From NCBI GenBank assembly GCA_041740115.1, contig JBGSMO010000487.1:7953-71952 (forward strand): a stretch of 64,000 bases of DNA, given 5' to 3'. Made by a program: the position numbers and the translations under genes. The notes beneath the pieces are model-generated. The model saw only the letters and a program-made list of their open reading frames with translations. It was not told where the DNA came from and searched no databases. How positions within the stretch are numbered: position 1 is the stretch's first letter; each line of letters starts with the position of its first letter. This document shows positions 18,689 through 26,000 of this stretch, piece by piece. The stretch comes from Pirellulales bacterium (GTDB lineage: Bacteria > Planctomycetota > Planctomycetia > Pirellulales > Lacipirellulaceae).

Positions 18689-18830
18689 CCGACAACGTAC
18701 CCGACTACCCGACAACGGGCTGACGGGTGGGGTGGTGGCTCCCTAAAGGGGGAGCCGACAACCCTACCACGTCAGCCTACAGGAACGACAACGATGAATT
18801 CAACAATCGACAACGTACCCGACCGACAAC
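18674..18830. promoter_or_regulatory. Putative replication origin (iterons + hairpin)
   Basis: CGACAAC at 18690, 18710, 18756, 18786, 18808 and 18824, inverted at 18674; the 16-mer CGACAACGTACCCGAC twice; GGCTCCC/GGGAGCC hairpin at 18737-18756. Confidence 0.6.
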
Positions 18831-19009
18831 GCCAGACCACCATCATCTTCGACCAAACAGTCGCCGACCGCATCGAAAGCTTGCTGGCTCGCGTCGAAGG
18901 CGTCCGCCGCGGCGCCACGATCGACCGGCCAACCCGATTCAACCGCGAAGGCGAGCGCCACGCCCGTCGCGTAGCCCAAGCCGACCAATCCCGCGGGACT
19001 TCCCGCTAA
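18794..19009 (+). CDS. Hypothetical protein (element)
   Basis: 71-aa ORF with SD AGGA; its 5' end overlaps the iterons. Confidence 0.5.
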   Translation: MNSTIDNVPDRQRQTTIIFDQTVADRIESLLARVEGVRRGATIDRPTRFNREGERHARRVAQADQSRGTSR

Positions 19010-19034
19010 CCCCGTTTCCTGAAAGGAAAAACCG

Positions 19035-19475
19035 ATGGTAGTTTCCAACCACCCCGACCTCCGCGCCGCCATGTACGCCGCCCACATGGGCACTGGCGGA
19101 ACTCGCGACGAACTGCTCGCCCTAGCTCGACGTCACGGCCAGACGCCGGAGATCTTCGACGCCGACTACGCCGAGATGGGGCGCCGGATTGCGTTGCACA
19201 ACGCCTATTGGTCGTCGCCCGAAGGTTTGGCCATCCGCGACGCTCGGCAGAAGCTCGCTGAAGCCGCTCAGGCCGTCGACGCCGCTGTCGCAGAGTTCGC
19301 GAGCGACGCCCGGGTCGATCACCTGCGGAAGCTGCAGGCCGACGCCACGGCGGAAGTGAACAAGCTGCAGAATGCCAACAGCGAGCAGTTCCAAGCGTTC
19401 TCCAAGGCGATGAAGGCCACGGCCCACCCGGGCGACGCCAACTATCTCGACCCGGCCAACGTGCTCATTCACTAA
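19035..19475 (+). CDS. Hypothetical helical protein (element)
   Basis: 146 aa; strong SD GAAAGGAAA; phage-like codon style. Confidence 0.75.
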   Translation: MVVSNHPDLRAAMYAAHMGTGGTRDELLALARRHGQTPEIFDADYAEMGRRIALHNAYWSSPEGLAIRDARQKLAEAAQAVDAAVAEFASDARVDHLRKLQADATAEVNKLQNANSEQFQAFSKAMKATAHPGDANYLDPANVLIH

Positions 19476-19494
19476 TTCGATGAAAGGAAACACA

Positions 19495-20100
19495 ATGCAA
19501 ATCGTAAAAACCCCGCCGCTCCCGGCGCCCAAGGTTATCCAGCGGCCGTCAGACCGGATCTCAGCCGCCGACCGAGAAGAGATCTACGGCATCATCTGCC
19601 CGGCCGTCGAAGCCGGTAAGCCGCTCACGAAGTCGGAAACGGCCCGCGTCAACGCGATCGTCTCCGGCAAGCCCGTCGGCGTCTTCGTGGCGGAGGCTCA
19701 TCGGTTCGCCCGTGCCGTCGCCGCTGGCGAGGACGTCGCAAACTCGTCGCCCGATCTGCTCCGACTGCTGCAGGATGGACCGGCCGCCGCCCTGATGAAC
19801 GCCGCGACCGCCCGCAAGGCTCTGGCCGACGCGTTCGAGAAGACCGGCTACTTCAAGCGGGTGGCTGAGTTGAAAGAAGCGTGCCGGACTGCACTCGAAG
19901 CCTTCCAGGTCGCCGAGGCGGATGAAGATACCAGCATGCGGAAGATTCGGCGGCTTCAATTGGAGCACGAGCAATCGATTCAGCGGCTCAGTGACTTCTC
20001 GAACACCGCGAACGCCGAATTCACGCTGTTCCGCCGCGAGATGAAGAAGACCGCCGATCTCTCCAAGAACGAACTGCTCTGGCAGAACTTCCTGATTTAA
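19495..20100 (+). CDS. Hypothetical coiled-coil protein (element)
   Basis: 201 aa from ATG 19495 after TGAAAGGAAACAC. Confidence 0.75.
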   Translation: MQIVKTPPLPAPKVIQRPSDRISAADREEIYGIICPAVEAGKPLTKSETARVNAIVSGKPVGVFVAEAHRFARAVAAGEDVANSSPDLLRLLQDGPAAALMNAATARKALADAFEKTGYFKRVAELKEACRTALEAFQVAEADEDTSMRKIRRLQLEHEQSIQRLSDFSNTANAEFTLFRREMKKTADLSKNELLWQNFLI

Positions 20101-20109
20101 GGAGCGACC

Positions 20110-20448
20110 GTGGCAGCCTACGTTCTCAACCCGAAGCATCCCAATTATCGATTTGTACGCACGGTGACGATCGCCGGCCGTCAACCTCGCATCGTCATTT
20201 TCAAAGATGGCGCCGAGGTGGAACTCGACCCAAAGGAGGTGCGATTCCTCGCGGAAGAGATTGCCGCCAATTGGATCGGACTGGCCGGAGTCAAGTTTCC
20301 CAAACCGGAGAAGCCCATTCCCGCGCGGCTGGACCCATCCGAACTGGAAGACCGAGACCCTGAGACGTTTGAATTTGTTCGACCTGAAGACCGACCCCGT
20401 TGGTGGCAAGAGCGGCGTGCAATTTTCCGCGCCGTCAACGGTCGCTGA
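20110..20448 (+). CDS. Hypothetical protein (element)
   Basis: 112 aa; SD TAAGGAG before GTG. Confidence 0.7.
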   Translation: MAAYVLNPKHPNYRFVRTVTIAGRQPRIVIFKDGAEVELDPKEVRFLAEEIAANWIGLAGVKFPKPEKPIPARLDPSELEDRDPETFEFVRPEDRPRWWQERRAIFRAVNGR

Positions 20449-20474
20449 CCCTTTTACCCCTGAAGGAGTTTCCC

Positions 20475-20891
20475 ATGTCCCACTTTGACGATTTCGATGA
20501 CGACGACGACGACTACGAGATCGAGGCTAGTTCCAACCTTCGCCAATTTAGCAGCGGCACCTTGGCAGGCCGACTGGTCGAGAAGATCACGGCACTTCAG
20601 CAGGAGCAGCCGCTTACCCGTGCATTTACAACCCGACCAAGTCACAGGGCTATGCAAACCCAAACCCCTAAGCGGAGCGCCGAGCATCCGATCGTCACGA
20701 AGTATAAGGCCAATCACGGCAGCTATGCCGTCGCAGGCGTCACGCTGTGCGAATTCGCGTTGGACCACTTCGTCAATGACGACGACGCCGGAGAGCCCAG
20801 CGCCGCCCTGATCGCTGAGATTGAAGCTGAGAGCGCAGTTCTTCAGGCGGCTTGGATGAACGGTGAGATCACCAACCCATTTGATGCGTAA
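20475..20891 (+). CDS. Hypothetical acidic protein (element)
   Basis: 138 aa from ATG 20475 after GAAGGAG; begins with a poly-Asp tract (MSHFDDFDDDDDDY). Confidence 0.7.
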   Translation: MSHFDDFDDDDDDYEIEASSNLRQFSSGTLAGRLVEKITALQQEQPLTRAFTTRPSHRAMQTQTPKRSAEHPIVTKYKANHGSYAVAGVTLCEFALDHFVNDDDAGEPSAALIAEIEAESAVLQAAWMNGEITNPFDA

Positions 20892-21088
20892 GCGAGAGCC
20901 GGGCGACAAGCGGGGCCTTAATCCTGAATTTGCACCCCGTGGCCGAGTCGATCGTTGCGGTTCTCTTGACCGCAGCGTGTGTAACAAAGCCCGTCGCCTG
21001 TCCAGTCGGCTACCAGTCGCCCCCTTCGTTCCTTGTGTGGAAGCGGGGCGGCTGGGGCTGATTGATGGCAAAGGCCACCCCGCCGGTG

Positions 21089-21124
21089 GGGTCCTTCCGG
21101 CCTTCGTCAGACCACCCTCGGGTG
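21089..21124 (+). promoter_or_regulatory. Putative cos-like packaging site
   Basis: GGGTCCTTCCGG (21089-21100; lambda cosQ is GGGTCCT, followed by TTCCGG), then the 12-bp dyad CACCC-TC-GGGTG (21113-21124), about 75-100 bp upstream of the Nu1-like gene. Confidence 0.45.
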
Positions 21125-21196
21125 AAGCATCGAACGCCTTTTACACGTCAGGAGTTGAGAGTTGACCCCTAATAATAGCACCCTGGAGGCCCGCAA

Positions 21197-21685
21197 ATGG
21201 CCGCTGTAGCCCTCGAACCCCAGACTCTGAGCAAACACATCTGCGCCGATCTCCGCGATATGGGGCATTGGACGCGCGCCGTGCCGGAGATGTTCCGGGG
21301 CCTGATCGCGATGCATCGGGAAGGCGGCGAAACCGTCGTGAAGACGCTACCGGAAGTTGCCGCCGCGTTCAACATGGCTCCGCAGTCAGTCAAAGGCGAC
21401 TGGCGTGATGGCGGCATGCCTGGCCGTCCTGGGCGCTGGGATCTCGCCGAGATTTTGTGTTGGCGAATCGAGCGTGACGGGCGTGCTCGCGGGGCGACGG
21501 TCGATACGACGCCCGTTGAATCGCTGGTCGACAAGGCTTTGGAGCTACTCAGCGAGCAATACGGAATCACGCACGTCATCGCCGGCGGCGAGCGTCTCGC
21601 CCAAGCATGGGCCGACACGTTGGCCGAGGCGGAAGCGGGAGAGAAGAAACGGGCCCCTAGTGCTCGGAAGCGAATCACCAACTAG
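21197..21685 (+). CDS. Terminase small subunit (lambda Nu1-like) DNA-binding protein
   Basis: PEVAAAFNMAPQSVKGDWRDGGMP...WDLAEILCWRIERD aligns by eye with Nu1 KQLADIFGASIRTIQNWQEQGMP...YDSAAVIKWYAERD. Confidence 0.65.
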   Translation: MAAVALEPQTLSKHICADLRDMGHWTRAVPEMFRGLIAMHREGGETVVKTLPEVAAAFNMAPQSVKGDWRDGGMPGRPGRWDLAEILCWRIERDGRARGATVDTTPVESLVDKALELLSEQYGITHVIAGGERLAQAWADTLAEAEAGEKKRAPSARKRITN

Positions 21686-21710
21686 CCCGACGGGCTGAAA
21701 GGAAACACGA

Positions 21711-23267
21711 ATGAGCGCGAAGTTTGAAATCGGCGGTTCAGCCAGCGGCGCCGTCAAGGCGGTTGAGGAACTCAACAAAGCGTTGAACAAGACCGGCAAA
21801 GAAGCCGAGGGCGCGATCACGCCGACTAAGAAGGTGCAAGAGGCCGCGGCCCGATTGGCCCAACAAGCCGATCCGCAAGAGAAGTACAACGAACGGATGC
21901 GAAAGCTGGTCGAAGCAGTCAAGGGCGGGGGCCTGGAAATCTCCAAGGCGGAAGTGTTGGCCAAACGCTACGGCACGGCGCTTGATAAAGCCGGCGACTC
22001 CGGCGACAACGCGTTCGGTTCCGGGATGCTCGGCAAGATCATGGCGATGGGCGGCGGCATCACGGCGACGCTCGGTCCGCTCGCCCTGATGAAAAAAGGG
22101 TTCGACGATATCTCCGACTCGATCGAGAAAGCCAAGAACGCCAGCGCGGAAGCTCGCCGCGGCATGGGCTCACTTCGACAGTTGGCCAACTCCGACGCCG
22201 AGTTCCAGGGATTGAAGAGTAAGGCGGAAGCTTTGTTCGCCAATGGCTCAGTGCAGACGCTCGACCAGGGAGCGCAAGCCGTCTTCTCGTTGGCGTCTGC
22301 CGGTCAGCTCGACGACAAGAGTTTCAGCATGTTCGCGGGCCTGGCTCAAAAGGGCGTCGTCGATCCGGGGATGTTAGCCAAAGCAGTTCGCCAGTACCAA
22401 TCGGGGTTCGGCGCCGCCGAGACGGGCGGGGCTGGGCAGATCATCTCCAAGGCGTTCGCGGCGTCGGCCTACTCACCGGCGTCGGTCGAAGGGTTGCTCG
22501 GCGCCAGCCCGCAGATGGCGGCAGCCGCGTCGTCGTTGGGGATCAGCGACGAAGAATCGCTCGCGTCGCTGGCGGTGTTGTCGTCGAGCGTCGGGGAGAA
22601 CGTCGCGGCGACTCAGATTCGTGCGTTCCTTAGTTCGACGGCGAACATGGAGGGGACCGAGGGCATGAGCATTGCCGAGCGCGTGAAGATGGTCGCCGGC
22701 AAGAACCTGGATTACGCCAGCCTGAAGAAAACTCTGGGGACCGATGAAGCGACGACGGGCTTCGGCCTGCTGTCCAAGAATATGCAGGAGATTCAACGGG
22801 CGAATCTGGATATTCAAAAGGCGAATTCAGACACAGGCGCGGTAAGTCGTCGCCTGGGTTTCACCGACGCCGAGTCCGATGCAGCCCTGTCGTCGATGAT
22901 GATCGAGAACCAAGGCATTCTCCAAGACCGTCGCGTGGCGGCTTATGAGGAGTTGCGCGACGGCATCTTCGAACGGCAGCGGCAAGGGTTCCGCGAAAGC
23001 GCCAAGAACGGACTCCCGCAGCGATTGAACGCGTCGTTCGACCTGGGGCTAAGCCATACCCAAGAGTTCCTCAACGGCTACCTGATGAGTCCCGAGACGT
23101 TCGTCAACGTCAACGAGTCAGCGGTCGGCAGCGGCGGGATGAGCGACCAGCAACAGGCCGTTCTCGAATCGCTGAATCGTTCGGCAAAGGCGGCTGAGCA
23201 GACGGCGGAAGAGATCAAGCGGCTCTCCGGTCAAAACCGCAGCAAGGTCACGACGAGGCAAGAATGA
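21711..23267 (+). CDS. Phage tail tape-measure-like protein (518 aa)
   Basis: Ala/Gly/Ser-rich helical protein with the TMP-type core ASSLGISDEESLASLAVLSS...AATQIRAFL, an N-terminal PQEKYNERMRKL segment and a C-terminal coiled coil. Confidence 0.72.
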   Translation: MSAKFEIGGSASGAVKAVEELNKALNKTGKEAEGAITPTKKVQEAAARLAQQADPQEKYNERMRKLVEAVKGGGLEISKAEVLAKRYGTALDKAGDSGDNAFGSGMLGKIMAMGGGITATLGPLALMKKGFDDISDSIEKAKNASAEARRGMGSLRQLANSDAEFQGLKSKAEALFANGSVQTLDQGAQAVFSLASAGQLDDKSFSMFAGLAQKGVVDPGMLAKAVRQYQSGFGAAETGGAGQIISKAFAASAYSPASVEGLLGASPQMAAAASSLGISDEESLASLAVLSSSVGENVAATQIRAFLSSTANMEGTEGMSIAERVKMVAGKNLDYASLKKTLGTDEATTGFGLLSKNMQEIQRANLDIQKANSDTGAVSRRLGFTDAESDAALSSMMIENQGILQDRRVAAYEELRDGIFERQRQGFRESAKNGLPQRLNASFDLGLSHTQEFLNGYLMSPETFVNVNESAVGSGGMSDQQQAVLESLNRSAKAAEQTAEEIKRLSGQNRSKVTTRQE

Positions 23268-23584
23268 GCACCATCAGCGCCGACGCACGCTATGCCGAAC
23301 TGCTCACGCACGTCGACTTTCCCGACTGGTGGATTTTCGTCGTCGGCGCCACGCACGTCATCGAACGATGGCACGGCGTCAGCCTGCCGGTAACGACCGT
23401 CGGGCTGATCGAAGTAAAGAAGCAAGGCGTCGACTTCAAGGAACCGAAGTGGGCGTTGCTGCTCTGGGAACTTGGCGCGGAGGCGGACTTCATTGAGAGG
23501 CTACAGCGTGCAACCGCCGAACTGGGAACCGACCGAAGCGGAGATAGCGGCACAGTGTGCGGAGATCCGCCGCGGGTGGAGTGA
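23264..23584 (+). CDS. Hypothetical protein (element)
   Basis: 106 aa; ATGA overlap with the tape-measure-like gene. Confidence 0.55.
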   Translation: MSTISADARYAELLTHVDFPDWWIFVVGATHVIERWHGVSLPVTTVGLIEVKKQGVDFKEPKWALLLWELGAEADFIERLQRATAELGTDRSGDSGTVCGDPPRVE

Positions 23585-23672
23585 GGCGGAGCTGCGGCGG
23601 CGCTCGGCGTGGATGGTCTGCGAGCCGGTGACGGCGCCGGTGGCCGAAGAATCGCTCTTTGATAACTCGTGA
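23508..23672 (+). CDS. Small protein with a PTEAEIAAQCAEIRRGW motif
   Basis: GTG at 23508 with SD GAGAGG; 54 aa; overlaps the end of the previous ORF in another frame. Confidence 0.5.
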   Translation: MQPPNWEPTEAEIAAQCAEIRRGWSEAELRRRSAWMVCEPVTAPVAEESLFDNS

Positions 23673-23786
23673 AGATAAAACCGCCTCCGCACGCGCCGCG
23701 TCGTGCGTTGCGAGGGGCGGGCGTGACCATCGAGCCGCGTTTCGCTGCGATGCGTGAGGCGGGCGCTGAGGGGCTGAGAAGCGAGA

Positions 23787-23816
23787 TTGACAAAACGGGC
23801 GGCTGCGGAGCAAAAT
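23787..23816 (+). promoter_or_regulatory. Sigma-70-like promoter
   Basis: TTGACA-N18-CAAAAT upstream of the 24051/24443 gene pair. Confidence 0.5.
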
Positions 23817-23832
23817 AGCGGCGTCAAAGCAC

Positions 23833-23862
23833 GAACCTTCGGAAGTTAATTTCCGAAGGTTC
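23833..23862. repeat. Perfect 12-6-12 inverted repeat (operator or lox/dif-like recombination site)
   Basis: GAACCTTCGGAA-GTTAAT-TTCCGAAGGTTC. Confidence 0.85.
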
Positions 23863-24050
23863 AATCGCGGGCCTGAGAATCCGCGATACACGCAGTGAGT
23901 TATGTCGAATGGTGAGAAACAAGAACGATCGGCAGAGAGGGTGCGCAGGAAGGCAACGACCTGCGGGCGGTCTCACCCGCCTGACAGCGCCACCTCTGCC
24001 GGTCGTTTTTCTTAGCCCGTGCCGTTCTGGCCGGGCGGAAGGATTCTCCC

Positions 24051-24446
24051 ATGGCCCTCGCACTCTACGCGGGCGACGACCTAGAAGTCTGTCACGACAC
24101 GCGGACTTGGCTGCGGCAAGGTAAATCAGCCATCGAAGGCGGCTATCTAATCGAAGGCGCCGCGTTGCTCCAAAGAGCGGTTCGCGAGTTCCTGCAAGCC
24201 GACTGCGACTACTGGGGCGTTCCCCGGCATCGCACGCTGATCGGCATGGCGAAGTCACTTTATCGAGCCGAGCAGGTCACGCCCGATTCTTATGCGGTAC
24301 TGTCCGGCATCATCTCGACGTGCAACCGCGTCGTGCGTTGCGAGCCGAGGCGTTGCGAAGATGAAAGCCACTTGAAGGCATGCCTGCTAGCCATGCACTC
24401 ATTCTGCGACGGGACCGCCTATCTCGACGAAAGGAGCCAAGCATGA
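24051..24446 (+). CDS. Hypothetical helical protein, possibly HEPN/DUF4145-like
   Basis: 131 aa; GAALLQRAVREFL...TLIGMAKSLYRAEQVT...VLSGIISTCNRVVRC resembles the HEPN helical layout but lacks Rx4-6H; coupled to the recombinase by an ATGA overlap. Confidence 0.55.
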   Translation: MALALYAGDDLEVCHDTRTWLRQGKSAIEGGYLIEGAALLQRAVREFLQADCDYWGVPRHRTLIGMAKSLYRAEQVTPDSYAVLSGIISTCNRVVRCEPRRCEDESHLKACLLAMHSFCDGTAYLDERSQA

Positions 24447-25639
24447 GCACGACCGACAACAAGGCCGACTGGCCCCTACTCCGCATCGTCAACGAGATCA
24501 TGAAGCCGACCGGGCGATGGAAGCCGGCGGTCATTCGCGGTTATCGAGTTGTAGTACGACGCTACGAACGGTTCCGCGGCGGCGAGCAGACGGCCGGCGA
24601 AGTGACCGTCCGTCTGCTGGAGAAGTTCAAGGAACTGATGATTGCCGAGGGCGTTAAGACAAAGGCCGCGGCGACGAAGGCGAGCTACATCGGAACCATC
24701 GTCCGCCAAGCCGACCCCGATCTGTTGCCGAAGCGCAACCTTGGCGAGTACAGCAAGGCCGAGCAAGGCGACCTGCTCTACATCATGGAAAACGAATACT
24801 TCCCGGCGAAGTCGAAGATTGCGAGCGAGACGACGGAGCGGCAGTACAAGTACACGGCGACCCGTTTCTCGAAATTCTTGGGGCGTCGCGCGACGCTCGC
24901 CGACTTAACGGACCAAAGCCTCGGTAAATGGATGCGACAAATGCGAAAGGATGGTTTAGCGATGCCAACGATCAACGGCTACGTCACGAAGCTACGGGCG
25001 TTTTGGAACTGGTGTGCGAAGAAGCGGATGGTCGAAGAGTTCCCGACGATCGAAGATTTCCCCGAGCCGATGACGATTCCCAAGGCGTATAGCGAGGAAG
25101 AGTTTCGGTCCCTGATCGCCGCTACAAAGCTCATGGAAGGTCACGTGGGCGACGTGCCGGCCGGGCAATGGTGGTATGCGTTGCATCTGGTGGCGTTCGA
25201 CACGGGGGAGCGATGTTCGGCGCTGTTGCATCTTGAGTGGACCCACTACGACGCGGGAGACGCGACGCTCGCCGCTCCGGCTGAGATCCGCAAAGGGGGA
25301 CGCAAGCCGATGCTCTATCGCCTGAAGCCGGCGACCGTCGCCACGTTGGCGACCATGCGAGCGACGGCCAGCGGCAAGAAGATATTCTTCTGGGCGCATG
25401 ACGCAACGACGTTCTACAACCACTACAAAAAGCTGCTGGAGTTGGCGGGGCTGCCCTACGTTCCGCACAAGAGCGGGCTGCAAAAGGTGCGTCGGACGTT
25501 CGCCAGCCATATCGAAGCGGCTGGCGGCAACTCGACGCAGGCCCTTAGTCACACGTCGCGGCGAGTGACCGAGAAGTCGTACATCGATCCAAGAATCGCC
25601 AAGGAACCGCCGCACAACGACGTGCTGTTCGACCTGTAG
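24443..25639 (+). CDS. Tyrosine recombinase 1
   Basis: Catalytic motifs FDTGERCSAL (R), KGGRK, LQKVRRT (Q at the HxxR His position), LSHT...TEKSY (H, Y). Confidence 0.92.
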   Translation: MSTTDNKADWPLLRIVNEIMKPTGRWKPAVIRGYRVVVRRYERFRGGEQTAGEVTVRLLEKFKELMIAEGVKTKAAATKASYIGTIVRQADPDLLPKRNLGEYSKAEQGDLLYIMENEYFPAKSKIASETTERQYKYTATRFSKFLGRRATLADLTDQSLGKWMRQMRKDGLAMPTINGYVTKLRAFWNWCAKKRMVEEFPTIEDFPEPMTIPKAYSEEEFRSLIAATKLMEGHVGDVPAGQWWYALHLVAFDTGERCSALLHLEWTHYDAGDATLAAPAEIRKGGRKPMLYRLKPATVATLATMRATASGKKIFFWAHDATTFYNHYKKLLELAGLPYVPHKSGLQKVRRTFASHIEAAGGNSTQALSHTSRRVTEKSYIDPRIAKEPPHNDVLFDL

Positions 25640-26000
25640 CCCCACCGCCGCGGGCAGGCGGCGGTTTTCAAGAAGATCCGGGCGGGCCAAGTTGCTGAGG
25701 GTCGACACAACAACGCCTTGGCGCCGCCCGGAAGCGACCAATGGAGTATTGTTTTGGCCCTGCGCCGTGCCTGAAAAATCTGGCGCGATTGCGCCACGAT
25801 GCCGGTTGCTTGCCGGTGTGAGCGCGGATTGTATGAAAAGCCGTGACGGCGACCCCGCTGGCTAGCAAATCAGCGAAGGCCGCCGCCACAGACCGTTTGA
25901 TCGTTAATAGGCGGCGAGCCCTGGAACGAGTTCCCCAGAGCCCGCCGCCGACAGGAGCTAACCAGCAACTCTACCACCTTTTTTGAGCATTGGAGAAAAA

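Noticed and set aside
19561-20409. 282-aa minus-strand ORF in the element
   Set aside because: Antisense to two + strand ORFs that have strong SDs and fit the element's single orientation.
20493-20515. GAC trinucleotide microsatellite
   Set aside because: An in-frame poly-Asp tract; length changes would not shift the frame.
23264-23672. Tail-assembly-chaperone programmed frameshift (lambda G/GT type)
   Set aside because: Those genes lie upstream of the tape-measure gene rather than downstream, and no slippery heptamer is visible in the overlap.
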